A stretch of 64,000 nt of DNA from positions 95,660-159,659 of IMG/VR virus record IMGVR_UViG_3300030451_004287. One strand, given 5' to 3'. Source of the DNA: a virus. The position numbers and the translations under genes were made by a program. Below, piece after piece: positions 27,601 to 39,100 of this stretch (position 1 is the first letter of the stretch; the number at the start of each line of letters is the position of its first letter). The notes under the pieces were generated by a model. It saw only the letters and a program-made list of their open reading frames with translations. It was not told where the DNA came from and searched no databases.

Positions 27601-30502
27601 CTACCGCATCAATAAATAAAAATTCATTTCTAATATCTATTTTAGGAACACTAAATCTAACAAAAATAGCATCTCCACCGTCAGGCCAAAGTTTAGGATC
27701 AGTAACAGCGCCACCATCGAATTTACTATAAAATAAATTATTATCAAATGTTACTTTACCATAAACACCATTAACTCTTTGACCGGGAATATGTTTACCG
27801 GCTAAATTTTCTTTAATAATAATACTATTAAAATCTATACTAGCTAAATTAGGCAAAAGACGAAAGTAAGAAGTACCAACTCTTCTACACTGAGTATCCA
27901 TATCTCCTAAATAACAAAAACCAGCAATAGTACCATCACCATTTTGAAAATGCTCCAAATCATCCATACCTAAATCTCCAATTTTTACATCATCAGGTCC
28001 AGAAAACCATGCTCCTTCACTAATTTTGTCGCTTAATTCAAGATTAGGTTCATCACCATTAACTTTGTATCCGTATATATAGCCTAGATCTAATCTAGAT
28101 TCAGGAGTAGTTGGAGGAGGAAGTCTATAATCTGAGCCAATAGTATTAAATTTATAACTATTAGAAACACAAATATCATGAGTAGCTAAACGAATATTAG
28201 TTTCAGCACCTGCAACTTCATTAGCAACACCAGCAGGAACATCCCAATCCGGTTCTGTGTTCAATATCGGGTCTAAAGCTCCGATCTCTCTACGATCTAA
28301 TAATACAGCATACTCTTTACCATAATAATCATCATACATTTTCTTAAAAAATTGTTGAACAAATTCAAATTGTTTCTTTTGTATTTCTGACATTTTATAA
28401 AGTCGAATTGGTTCTGCGTCTTTATCTCCATCTCTTTCTTTTTGTATTTGATATTCTATGTCTAAAGAATCTATAGCCATGTCTCTAAATGCTTCAATTC
28501 CACAAATAATTTCTCCCATTAAATAACCAACACTTCGTTCTAGTCTTTCAGTAATAGGAACATCGTTTCCATCAATATCTTTTTTAGTTTCACCAACTCT
28601 TTCATTTGTAGCTCTTAAAGCAAATACTTTGTATAAATCATAATTGGCGCTCATTAATAACTCTTCTTGAGTTATTGTAAATTCATAATCATTAGCAACT
28701 AAATCTAAATATGCAAGATTGGCTCCAAACCCGGGATTTGTTTCTTCATCTAATTCTAATGAATCTAGTAAATTTTTAACATTAAATTTAACTTGAAATT
28801 TACCACCACCTCCTTCACCGCCGGGATTATCGAACCCAGTAAAATTAGTTAAATATAATTTATGAATAACAGGTTGTTCTTGAGTAGTACCGGGCACAGT
28901 TTTTGTGTAAAGTTCTTCACCTAAAACTTGAAAAATTCTATGAGCAACCATAGGCTCACAGTTTCCTCTGTTGCTATTTACTCCCTTTTGAGGGTTTTTA
29001 ACAATTCTATTAACCCCATCAGGTTCACCATTTGGTGCAGGTGGAAAAGTTTTTGATACAGTATTGATAAATGCAGGTAATAAATCTGTTGCACTAGTTT
29101 GTAGATTGCTATTATATCCTTGTGAGCTAAGAATACCAGACGTTCTTAAATAGTCAGTGAAATCTATAGCAGGATCGACAGGAAATCCTATACTTGGTCC
29201 TCCTCTAGTTATAGGAACGTCAGATCCCGGAGCAGTAGTAGGTTCCTGTCCAAGAACACCGGTAATAGGAGAAGGATCATCTGGTATAGTTTGAATTCTA
29301 TCACTACTAACAGTTTGATAACCAAATCCATTATTCCAGTTTGTTATAAACGGTGCTCTTTGAAAGTGTTCGTATAGTGCATGATTATCTTCCACCGCAT
29401 TCGGATCTATTATATTTGACTTTTCTGCCATGATACTTAAAAAATACCTATAATGATCACCAAAAACAACTCTTTTAGTATCATTATTTGTGGCTTCTTG
29501 CCCATAACTAAAATTAGTAGTAAGTTCAGTATTTACAAAAGTATCTCTTATAAAATCTCGTAACGCAAAATCTGCTGGCGGATTACGTTGATCTATCATA
29601 TCAATAGAAATTTCATAATTTCCATTACCAGTATAATCATTCATTCTAACGCTAAAATCTGCACCTAAATCTTCAGCAACCCTTTCAATAAATCCTAGTA
29701 TACTTATTGAATCTTCATTAATTACAGAGTATTGAGCTCTAGCTTGAGTCGATGTAACTACACCACCCTCAGTTAATTCTTCTTGTGTTAACATATATGT
29801 TGCTAAATCAGTAAAATTAACTCTAATAGTTTGGCTGTTAAGAGGTGTGTAAACTTTAGATCCTGTTATTCCTAATGTTCTTAGTATACTAATACTAGGC
29901 ATGCCATCTTTATCTCTACCAGATGCCATGTGTCCTTGAGTTTCATCACATTTTTTAACATTATAATTTCCGCATGTAATCCCGCCTTGATCTACAAGAG
30001 CGCCATTATGAGTTGAGTTAGCAAATTGGCTAGAAGATCCGGGCTCTAATTCTCTAAAAACACTTATAGCATTAAAATTATTATTACAATCAAGATAAAC
30101 ACCATCTGTACCATAATATTTACCTATAACAATTACAGCATTCTCTAAAAGTTCTCGACCATCTGTTAAAGTAACACTAACTCTTCGTCCATCAGAACCT
30201 ATTTTTATTTCGTGATTAGTAAGAAGTCCGTGAAAAGTTACACCTCCAGAACCCAATGATGTTGTATTATTATCAGTGCTAGGGAAATTAATAGTATAAA
30301 CTCTTCCTAATTGCCCATTATATCCATTAAATGTTGCAAAAGTTTGATCATCTGCATTAGTCGTAAAACTAGCATCTTCTACTAAATCTAAACTTAAAGT
30401 AGTTGGTGCTGAATTAAGACCTACAGTTAGATTAGCTCCTACTATTGCACAATTAAATGCTGAAGCTTGTCCTAATGTTTGTGGATTTGGTAGTTGAGCC
30501 AT
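24620..30502 (-). CDS. Large tail-tip/hub protein (central tail protein)
   Basis: 1960 aa downstream of the tape measure gene; hub-like N-terminus (TLSLDLVED...FHGLL...SVTLTDGRELL); a coiled coil follows the hub region. Confidence 0.65.
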   Translation of the reverse strand: MAQLPNPQTLGQASAFNCAIVGANLTVGLNSAPTTLSLDLVEDASFTTNADDQTFATFNGYNGQLGRVYTINFPSTDNNTTSLGSGGVTFHGLLTNHEIKIGSDGRRVSVTLTDGRELLENAVIVIGKYYGTDGVYLDCNNNFNAISVFRELEPGSSSQFANSTHNGALVDQGGITCGNYNVKKCDETQGHMASGRDKDGMPSISILRTLGITGSKVYTPLNSQTIRVNFTDLATYMLTQEELTEGGVVTSTQARAQYSVINEDSISILGFIERVAEDLGADFSVRMNDYTGNGNYEISIDMIDQRNPPADFALRDFIRDTFVNTELTTNFSYGQEATNNDTKRVVFGDHYRYFLSIMAEKSNIIDPNAVEDNHALYEHFQRAPFITNWNNGFGYQTVSSDRIQTIPDDPSPITGVLGQEPTTAPGSDVPITRGGPSIGFPVDPAIDFTDYLRTSGILSSQGYNSNLQTSATDLLPAFINTVSKTFPPAPNGEPDGVNRIVKNPQKGVNSNRGNCEPMVAHRIFQVLGEELYTKTVPGTTQEQPVIHKLYLTNFTGFDNPGGEGGGGKFQVKFNVKNLLDSLELDEETNPGFGANLAYLDLVANDYEFTITQEELLMSANYDLYKVFALRATNERVGETKKDIDGNDVPITERLERSVGYLMGEIICGIEAFRDMAIDSLDIEYQIQKERDGDKDAEPIRLYKMSEIQKKQFEFVQQFFKKMYDDYYGKEYAVLLDRREIGALDPILNTEPDWDVPAGVANEVAGAETNIRLATHDICVSNSYKFNTIGSDYRLPPPTTPESRLDLGYIYGYKVNGDEPNLELSDKISEGAWFSGPDDVKIGDLGMDDLEHFQNGDGTIAGFCYLGDMDTQCRRVGTSYFRLLPNLASIDFNSIIIKENLAGKHIPGQRVNGVYGKVTFDNNLFYSKFDGGAVTDPKLWPDGGDAIFVRFSVPKIDIRNEFLFIDAVDEEITGDALDVQIARLNGEDTNLTKTEAQEANATFRGNNEVPDDPPDPNKKDGAIVNISAKEFMDMNPMCLIPRDVHIPFESQTQIYGPFSVIGNVSGGTEIVDTDLAPWQFVNNLKAANIVPKTWSDMVNNGQKIALDGLKTRLFEEKASLTVPMITHIDFGRDLQLGQTNLGPLLSNMNLNYGSNGATTSLSFQTYSKEFGKVDKYVRDAIKDLVAVKRDMNLKVRDEKKRRKEIAFRNKVALEDERISVAENRDHYRGKGKGGKKNSAGEGHSKNPNERSSRSVDATSGKLIYSAYTLNDGKANACGGENIVRKNLVHDSNSSSSDSVTPIASLKPEPNTLGNTNKKRPRAEIKSASLDHYQTPYYSRIAINSLDSFFLPVSLSGGVPLDANGLSADGTRMLPRYVINTNAAVTFATTVTTEVVGTAEATSTTVEIGSVDNLEPGMVISGEGIPQGAVISSVGENSVTFTPAITEDTTLAVDLALTFTGSSNVFTADPRQGMLSRSYSSIPPLQVPSIRPELIFDLRINRTFLHPWTSTGNFPLMWKGTGINNVDNNRYNGSISGYVVEYNTVGQSVRNFTKGDYIKVLDMQGSTEREVTLQDRQTFTDQRFNAFRGPLVLQGWGYDTNGKPIPNSNDCAEDTVIGRFRDTGLTDKFMKNWMSNPKTWPVGPIDLRFDRHRGVWVAPTQNKVLLVRLKETLNAFGQAKAELVNMAAGGTGEIEITKTVVTRVFGFEDCSSTTIEFEDVSDLSPGMTVEGSNIPSDATIVSVGSNTIEISPCITSGELAANTTITFKSPGKKAYYDGISMWGPEGEDLSADVRNAEIDVYDYLGMTGAVDDLLYVYYDDGKYIVMNQKSAGGGSATLTPARTCGSVSTGGTFVAQICDGANQFEQTNDTANQITVTDYMNIIPVTIPDDTPIIIAGINEANPCLVSIGKHSSAVGHASSVAGFDFNSNYVPEVGEVPTFFLGIQGTNLVRYRGVGTCSQII

Positions 30503-30514
30503 TAGTATTTCCTA

Positions 30515-31414
30515 CTACATATTTTTTAAAGCTTGTGACAAAACAGGTATTTTTGGTTCTATAGTTTTAGGATCTTCAAAATCTTCAATGTGTTGAGGTT
30601 TTGTTAAGTCTAAAATTAAATCCTCCTCCAAAAACTCTAAACCATTAACAGTTTTAATGGCAGTATTATCCTGATCAATAATTTTAAGCGAATACTTTCT
30701 TTTTTGTAAACCAGATTCTAAATGTGATTTTAGAATATTCTTTTCCTTTACAATATTATACACTAAATCTGTAAGTATCATTTTATATTGTTTAACACCA
30801 TCAATAACAAAAGGATTACCACTATCAATATTTATCCATAATTTTAAATTTAATGGGTGCTTTAGTTTAGAAACAGGCTGAATTAAAATATTATCATTAG
30901 CATTTATAAAATTTTGAACCTCGTCATTATCACCATAGCCTATTTCGATAGTAGGATTTGGAAAAGTATATTGTTTGTTTGTGCTAACAAATGTAGATTC
31001 AAAATTAAGAATATTACTAATATTACTATCATCACTAATTAATCTAAATAAGTTTTGTTCATAAAACATCATCATTGAACCAACACTAGGAATTATAATA
31101 GACCCTACTGTAATTTGATTATCAACATCTGAAAGATCATACGTTGTATTATCAATTTCTACAACGTAACTATGTATATCAGATATATCGTCTACAGAAG
31201 GACCGAAAAATATTTTTCCATCATCTACTCTACTAATAGTTTTATCATAGACTAATGAACTATCAGTCTTATGTTTTAGTTTAAATAACTGTTCAATTTC
31301 AACTTCAGGATTAAAATCTTTTAATATTAAACAATTATATGATTTTTTACATTGTATCGGATCGTAAAAGACATTTCTTCTACAACTATCTGCTATATCA
31401 TAATGAATATTCAT
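30515..31414 (-). CDS. Hypothetical tail-region protein
   Basis: 299 aa ORF tightly packed in the operon. Confidence 0.6.
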   Translation of the reverse strand: MNIHYDIADSCRRNVFYDPIQCKKSYNCLILKDFNPEVEIEQLFKLKHKTDSSLVYDKTISRVDDGKIFFGPSVDDISDIHSYVVEIDNTTYDLSDVDNQITVGSIIIPSVGSMMMFYEQNLFRLISDDSNISNILNFESTFVSTNKQYTFPNPTIEIGYGDNDEVQNFINANDNILIQPVSKLKHPLNLKLWINIDSGNPFVIDGVKQYKMILTDLVYNIVKEKNILKSHLESGLQKRKYSLKIIDQDNTAIKTVNGLEFLEEDLILDLTKPQHIEDFEDPKTIEPKIPVLSQALKNM

Positions 31415-31416
31415 AA

Positions 31417-33141
31417 TTAAAGAGAGTCCGTGTTATCCACTGCGAGAGGGAAAGGTCTTGTGTACTTTTTAGTTCTCCTATAACTTCCATTATTTCCAAG
31501 TGTCTCACTATCTGTAACAACTACCCAAGTCTGACAACCTAGATTAGTAGCTGTTGCATCCATCAAATCTTTAACATTAGCCTGATTTTCTAAACTGTGA
31601 GGATTTGCTCTAGGTTCAAATTGTGCAGTAATTGTTATATTATAACTTTCCATATTTTTACATCTTACATTCTGTATAATAGGATATCCTCTACCCGGGG
31701 CAACATGTTCTACTAATTTATTAGCAGGTCTTTCATGATCAATATTAACATCTGCCCAGTAAGCATTTGCAAGTTTAAATCTATTATTAGCATATTTTAT
31801 ATTAAAATCAATAGAATGATCATTATAATTTCTTGATAAAGTTTTACTAACTAATCTGTATTTATTTAATACCTGATCTAAACTATTAGCGTTGTGATTA
31901 CCATCAGCATCTGCTTGTGAATGATTTAATTGTGGTACATTATTAAAATCAAGTTCTCCAACACCTAAAAGACTATTCATAAAATCTTTATTTTTTACTT
32001 TATTAATAAGTGTTGCAGAAAATCGATTTTGAGTATTGAACATATTGTTTAAGGCATTTTCCGCATTTTGCATAGCTTGATCTTGAAAATCATTAAAACT
32101 ATTTAAAATACCGTTATCTTGACCTGTAGTAACACTTACAAAATCATCATCAGGAAATCCTTTAATACTACCTTGAACAGTAAATGAGTTGTCTGCTGAT
32201 TCTATATTAGTGTCATGATTAATATCATAAGTTACTAAAGCATTACTAGCTAGGTTGCTATTAGCAAAGAAAACAATTTCTCCATCTATTCCAGCAGTAT
32301 TATTTAATTCATCAAAACTGTAATTTAATTGTCTAAGTTTACCGTTGCTTGCATCAAAAGTAGCAGGTAGATTTATGCTTGTGTTCTGATCATTTAAAAG
32401 ACTACTAAAACCATCATGAGCATAAGCGTTTAATCTTTTTGTTAATACTTTATTTAATCCTGCTAATCCATATGTGCTATGAAATGATGTCATAGAACTA
32501 GTTCCAGTAACACGCAAACTAAAACCAACAACAACATGTTTATTACTAAAACCAGCGACCTCTTCTATGTAATACATAGTATCATCAAGATTAATATCAA
32601 AATTTTCAGATAAACTTCTTATACCAGAAGATTTGTCAGTTGAAACCTGTCCAGTTCTTAAACCATATTTTGTTGCTAATGTTGTGTGAGCAGGAACGAC
32701 GGGAACTGAAAGTGTACCATCTTTTTTATGTTCATGTATTTCTAATTGTATATTGTAAGGAATTACATTCATCCAATTTCTTTGAGGACCTTCATCAAAG
32801 TTTGCAGAAATAAGTGTGCCTATACCGTCTTTAATAATAAATGTATTTCCACATTTTATATTAATATTCTGAAAAAATCCACTAGTAGAATGAGTATCTA
32901 ATAGATTTGTAAGATTATTTAATGCTGTTACTGTTGCGTCAAAGCTGTCTCCATATATCATTCCTTGTAATGTAACAACAAATACGCCACCTATAGAAAA
33001 CGAACCTGATTTATATTCTTCTCGTCTTATACTCACAAAAGGTATAGGGCTTAAAGATGTACCATTAATACTAACCTCAGAAGCTTCTGGAATAGCTTGA
33101 GTTGTAAAAACTGGTTCGGTTTGTTGTGCTTGTATATACAT
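31417..33141 (-). CDS. Distal tail/baseplate-like protein
   Basis: Immediately downstream of the tape measure gene; repeated beta-strand pattern (VTLQGMI, FTVQGSIKG). Confidence 0.55.
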   Translation of the reverse strand: MYIQAQQTEPVFTTQAIPEASEVSINGTSLSPIPFVSIRREEYKSGSFSIGGVFVVTLQGMIYGDSFDATVTALNNLTNLLDTHSTSGFFQNINIKCGNTFIIKDGIGTLISANFDEGPQRNWMNVIPYNIQLEIHEHKKDGTLSVPVVPAHTTLATKYGLRTGQVSTDKSSGIRSLSENFDINLDDTMYYIEEVAGFSNKHVVVGFSLRVTGTSSMTSFHSTYGLAGLNKVLTKRLNAYAHDGFSSLLNDQNTSINLPATFDASNGKLRQLNYSFDELNNTAGIDGEIVFFANSNLASNALVTYDINHDTNIESADNSFTVQGSIKGFPDDDFVSVTTGQDNGILNSFNDFQDQAMQNAENALNNMFNTQNRFSATLINKVKNKDFMNSLLGVGELDFNNVPQLNHSQADADGNHNANSLDQVLNKYRLVSKTLSRNYNDHSIDFNIKYANNRFKLANAYWADVNIDHERPANKLVEHVAPGRGYPIIQNVRCKNMESYNITITAQFEPRANPHSLENQANVKDLMDATATNLGCQTWVVVTDSETLGNNGSYRRTKKYTRPFPLAVDNTDSL

Positions 33142-33147
33142 AGTTAT

Positions 33148-36100
33148 TTATGCTCGTACTATTTTAATGTTTCCGTTAGTAGCTTCATCGATTGAAAATG
33201 CAACAGCATCAAACGTATTGTTTTGAATAACTGTAGCTAACTCATCAATTTGACCAACAAATTGTGTACCATCAACAACTACTCGATTAGTTAGATCGCC
33301 CTCTAATTTAACAGTTTGACCTGCGGTTCCTCCACCTCTTTGTTGACCGCCTCCTTCTCCACCACCGCCTTTATTTCCTCCTCTACGACCGCCTTGATTT
33401 GCTCCGCTAGTAGGTGGAGATGAACCAGCAGGAGGAGCTTTAGTTTGGTCTGATCCAGCACCTCCGTTACCATTACCGTTACCATTATTACCAGCTTCTC
33501 TTTCATCAACAAATGTTTTCATTTTTTCATTGAATTTATCAAACAACTCAGCTGACTCAGTCATAGCTGCATGTAATTTACTTCTAGTAAGATCTAAAAT
33601 TTCTTGAGCAGCTTTTCTTCTTAGCTCTAATTCTTTCTCTTGAACTGCTTTAAGTTCATCAAACATCGCAAGTCTTTTTTCTTTTTCTGCCTTAGCTTCT
33701 TCTTCAAGCTCTTTTGCTCTTGCATCTTTTTCTACATCTCTTTCTCTAACCGCACGCGCAAGCTTAGCACCTCTTCCTCCTGCTCGTTCATTAGCAGTAA
33801 GAGCTCGTTCTCGTTCTTCATCATATGTTTTTTGGCTAATCAAACCAGCCTCAAGTTGAGCATCAAGATCTCGTAAGAAGTGGGCTAAAGGTTCTGCTCC
33901 TCCACGACCTGCTAGAGCTTCTTGACGATTAAATGCTCTTTCTTTAGTTCCTTCAGGATCTAAAACAGCATCAATTAAAGACTCCTGTTGAGCTTTTAGC
34001 ATTTTTGTTCGTTCTGCAAGAGCTTCAACAGCAGCATCAAATTTAGCCGTTGAGTTTACCATACCTTCTAGTGCTGCTTTTGCTTCGGCTGATTGATTAC
34101 CTAGTTCACCAATCCTTTCATTAGTTTTGATGATCTCGTTATCTATTGCTTTAGTATCTGCTCCCATTGGCATCGCATCACGCTGCCTCATTAAACTGTC
34201 TCGTTTTGCGGTTGCAGCGTCTATTTCGTTGGGTAAGTCTTCAGTTAATCTGTTTCTAAGAGCTCTAGCCATTTGTGCGTCATCCATCCTAGATACTGAG
34301 TCTCTGCGTTCCTTGAGAGTTTCACCCTCACCAAGACCAGCTTGGAGAGCTCGCATTTCTGCATCAGACCTCGCCTGTCTAGCTCTGTCAGCAGCAGTTA
34401 CTCTTTCACCTCTAGCTTCTTGTATAGCAAAATCAGATTCAAATCTGGCTTCATTTTGACGCCTAGTAATATCATTTAGTTTTCCTAAAGCTTGAGCAGT
34501 TTGATTAGCAATAGTACTTAACTGTTTTAATGATTCAAATTTAATTTGTGCAATACCTTGTAATATTTTATCTGCTTCTGCTGCTGTTTTGTTAAATTCT
34601 TCAAGAGCTTCATCATCACCAGTAGCTATAGCAGTAGCAGCAGATTGTGCTAAGTTATCTTTAATTTTATCAAAATCTTCACCTAAGCCTGTACCTATAT
34701 TTTCAAAACGTTTTTCAAGTTCTTGTGCGAGAAATTCTGGATCAGCGTCTGGACCAGCAACACGATCAATATCATCTATAGCCTTTTTAAGTTGTACCAT
34801 AGCTGCTGCTTGTTGTAACTGAAGAGTGTTACCACCAGCTTGAGCAAGACCTCCAGTAACTGAAGCAAATCTGTCAGCACTAAATGCAGCAGGATTGTTT
34901 AAAACTTCTGAGTTTGTATCTCTAAGACTTTTTGTTGCGTCAAATTGTCCATTTAATACATCTACATAACTTTGATTTACAGCTACAATTTCTTTTAAAT
35001 CATTATTTAATATTTTAAAAACTTGTGTCATGCGAGCGGCCGTGGCTGTCATGCTAGCCATTTCTTGATTTAATGTTTTTATAGTCTGTGCAGTAAGTAA
35101 ATTTTGTCTAGCTTCTCGTTCTCTATTAGCGACAAAAGATTTAAACTGCTTTTCCAAATCCGCATCAAAACCGTCATCAATTTGAGCTTGAGCCTCTGTT
35201 CCTGTAATTCCTCGTTGACTTAAAAATTCTGTTCTTAAACTATCTTCTAATTCTTCTGTGCTCATGCCAAGATTTTGTGCAGCTGTAGCTAAAAGACTGG
35301 TACTACTGCTTAAGTCTGAAAGTAATGCTTTTTGCTCCTCTCCTCTTTGCATATTTAATTCTTCAATAGCTTTGTTAAATACATCTGGGTCATCAAATGC
35401 TCCAACAGTTAATCCTTCTTCTTCTGCTAATGTTACGTTCGATAACATGCCGGGAAGCTCTTGACTAAAAGTTTTAGTATAGTTCAAAAGCTCTTTAGCG
35501 TTTTGAGCACGAGCCCTAGATTCAGCAGCTATAGCTTCTTCACTTTTAAAGAATAAATTTGAGACAGTCTGAAAACCACCATACAAAAGAGTTCCAGCAT
35601 ATATCAGATTGTTAAACATACCCGCGGTTTGCTGCACAGGACCTGTCGAACTCTGACCCGGTATGCTTCCCGGACTACCCATAGGAGTATTTCTTCTAGG
35701 ACCCCGGTGTCCTTGAGTTGATCCGCTAGTTGTAGGACGAGAACTCGCGGTAGGAGCTTGGGTTCTGTTATGAGTCATAGGTCTACTAACAGGAGGTCTA
35801 ACAGCAGTTGCTGTATTTATTGGAGCATTTTTAAGCTGACCTGTTGCTCTTAAACCTAAACGCTGTGCTTGAATTAGCGCAGCTTTACCAAAAGTTCTAA
35901 TTGAAGTTAAAGCTGTAGCTACTACACCACTAAGACTAGTAAAAGCTGTAGTAAGAGTAGGAATAATAGCTACTAATCCTGCTCCTATAGCACCAGCAGT
36001 AGCACCAGCAGCAACAGCCAAGGAAGCTTGACCTCCAACTCTAAGTCCTTTAGCTATACCATCACCCTTTTCTGTTAACTCCTTATATTCTTCGCTACCA

Positions 36101-39100
36101 CTAACATAAAAAGCTGACAACATATCCATAAATGTTCTATGCTCACTAAACAATTCATTGAAAAAACTAGTACTTTCAACATCTCCTTTATATTGAGAAT
36201 TTGTTGGTCTTGTAGTGCTACGACCACCACTCCGACCGCCCTGCCTAAGATATTGAGGAATCATTCCTCCTTGTTGACGATTAATAGCTTCTAAAATACC
36301 TCTATGTTTTTTAGTTGATCTTGCATTTACAACAAACTCACCCGGAGTTAACATAGCAGGAACAGTATCAGTTCCTCTAGGTTGAAAATTAATTAACTTG
36401 CCACCGCTAGCATAAACTGTACCACCAGTAGACATTCTTCTTGGGCCCATCCCTCTCGCAAAAGCCAATGTACCCAAAAGACTAAAAAGAATACTTAATC
36501 CACTAGCTAATGAGTCAAACAATCTACCCGTTCTAGCTGTCAAAGTATCTGCTTCTGCCGCTGCATCTTTATTAGCCTGTATTGTAGCTTTAACTGTTTG
36601 AGTATATTCTGCAAAAGCTTGGATACTTTCTCTTGTATTACGAGCAGCTTCTAAATCTTCTAAAGCTTCTTTCTGATCTTGTTGTGCAGCTAACAACATC
36701 TTTTCTGACGCTGCTTTAGCGGCATCAGCAAATCCTTTAAACACTCCTGCAAGACCTTGAACCGCACCACCAGCAGCTCCAGCAATCATAGCTCCTCTTC
36801 TACCACCAATTTGAGCTCCAGCAAACGCTCCACTTTGAATACCGCTACCAAGACCTTGTAATCCTTGTACCGCCCCTTGAAATGCAGCTGAAGTTTCAGA
36901 TGCTTCACCTGTTAAATCTTGAAATACACCTCCTAATTTTTCTGCTTGTGATCCTACAATCGTTGCGCCAACACCTAATGCTTGAGTAAAACCACCTACT
37001 GGAGCTAAGGCGTCATCAACTTTACCAACAAATCTACCTACAGTTGATGTACCTGTTTTAACATCTTTGTTAAATATTCTAAACGAACTTGTTACCTGAC
37101 CGACTTCTCTTTTTAAACCAGCAAAACTAAAACCACCAAATAAACTACCCTGACTTGGTTGCACAGTGTCACCATTAGCAAAACGTTGTACAGTACCGCC
37201 TTTAGCATATTTATTAATTTTTCTAAGATTACCATACCCAAATGCTTGTGCTGATCTTTTATTAATTACAAACTCACCGGGAGTAAGAAGTGACGGAACA
37301 GTGTCTGTGCCAACAGCAGAACCTCCTGTAGCCATTCTAGTGATCATTGGAATTTGTTCACTAGTTTTTCCTGAAGCTGCTAAAGCTTTTCTGTAACTGC
37401 TCCGATTACCTGACGTATCAGCATACTTTAACTCTAAAGCTTCTGCCTTACTGTTTCGACCCATAACTCTTTTAGCTACAGTTTTAGACATTATATCAGG
37501 AAAGTCCGATGGGTTTAACCCTGTCTGATACGCTCTAGCGAAATCATTTTCAAACATATATCCTTTGACTGCACCTATAGCCGTAGGAGCCAATTCAGAC
37601 TTATCTAAATCTGCATCAGTTAAAATACCTCTTGCTACGGTTACAGGTTTTTGAACAATCTGCCCTGCTCCTACATTTCCAACTGTTTTGGTAGCTCCTG
37701 TTTTTTGTCTTTTTGTTTTACCTGCATTATTATATTTATTAATTTTAGAAAGATTACCAACACCAAAAGCTTCAACTGCACTTTTCCTAATAACAAATTC
37801 ACCCGGAGTAAGCATTGCTGGAACAGTGTCTCTATTTCCACTGCCGGGAACAAAACCACCACTAGCAAAAGCTCTACGTCCTCCACCACCTCCACCAGCT
37901 CTTATTGTTGCATTAAGATTATTAACACTAGTTGTTAAGACTTTTAATGCTGCTGTGTTAGCATCTAAAGATGCTGTTTGTTGAGCGCCACCAGTACCAG
38001 TTAAAGCTCCTCCTATACCTGACCCAACTCCGCCAGCACCTCCTCCTTCTCTTAAAGCACCCATAAACCCGCCACCAAATTCTCTGATAGCGCCAATACC
38101 TTTTATAGCTGTCATAGCTGCTAATAAAGGTAATATAGGTTTAAAAGCTCCAGCAATACTTATTAAAGCACTAGCAAAGGTTAAAGCTCCTTTGGCTAAA
38201 GCTTGGAAAGTTCCGCTTTGACCAATATCTCTAATAAATGAAAGAAATTCTTCTCGAACTTTTGCGATTTGAATTGCAAGAGCAAGTTGACCTTTTGCTG
38301 CGTCTGCTGCTAAAGAACCTGAACCAGCTTGAGCAACAGCAAGAGCGTCCTGTGCTGTGGCAAATTCTTGAAGTAAAGGAATAACTTTACCAACTTGACG
38401 GAAACCACCTAACTCTTCAATAATTTTATTAAACTGTCCAGACCTTGGATCTATATTAGCAAGACCTTCACTTAATCTTCTAACAGCTTCAAAAGGACCT
38501 ACAAAGTTACCTTCTAAATCTTGTAATTCAACATTAAACTGTCTTAAGAAATTAATAGTGCTACCACGCTGAATACGGGTAAAAATAGTTCTTAAACCAG
38601 TAGCAATAGTTTCCGAACTTTCACGAGTCGTAGCACGAACACTAGTAAACAACGCAATAAATTCATTAAGAGCATCTTGACCTTCACTAATACCTCTACT
38701 AGAAGCGGCAAACACACCACCAACACGCTGTACAGCAGTAATAATATCTTGAGATCCAACAGCAAATTTAGCCGCAACAGCATTGATACTACCCAAAGCT
38801 CCTTCTAAATCATTTACTGAAAGATTAAATTGCCTCATTGCAGCAATAGCTCCTTCAGTTGTATTTTTCATATTATCAAAAGTTGGAGCAAGATCGGCTT
38901 TTGCTAAGGCTTGAAGTGCTAATCTAGTTTCTGTAGCTGATAAACCAGCTTGAGATAATGTTACACTAACCTCAGCTAGTTCGTTAGAACTAACACCAAA
39001 GCTACGAGAAACCTTACTAATTTCATTAGACAAGCTACCTATTTCTGATGCTGCTGCACCTGTAACCTGAGCAACCCTAACCATTTCTCTATCAAATTTA

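Noticed and set aside
35620-35820. Foreign insertion in the tape measure gene (Pro/Ser/Thr/Arg-rich, higher GC)
   Set aside because: It is in frame and has no mobile-element ends; best read as a disordered linker.
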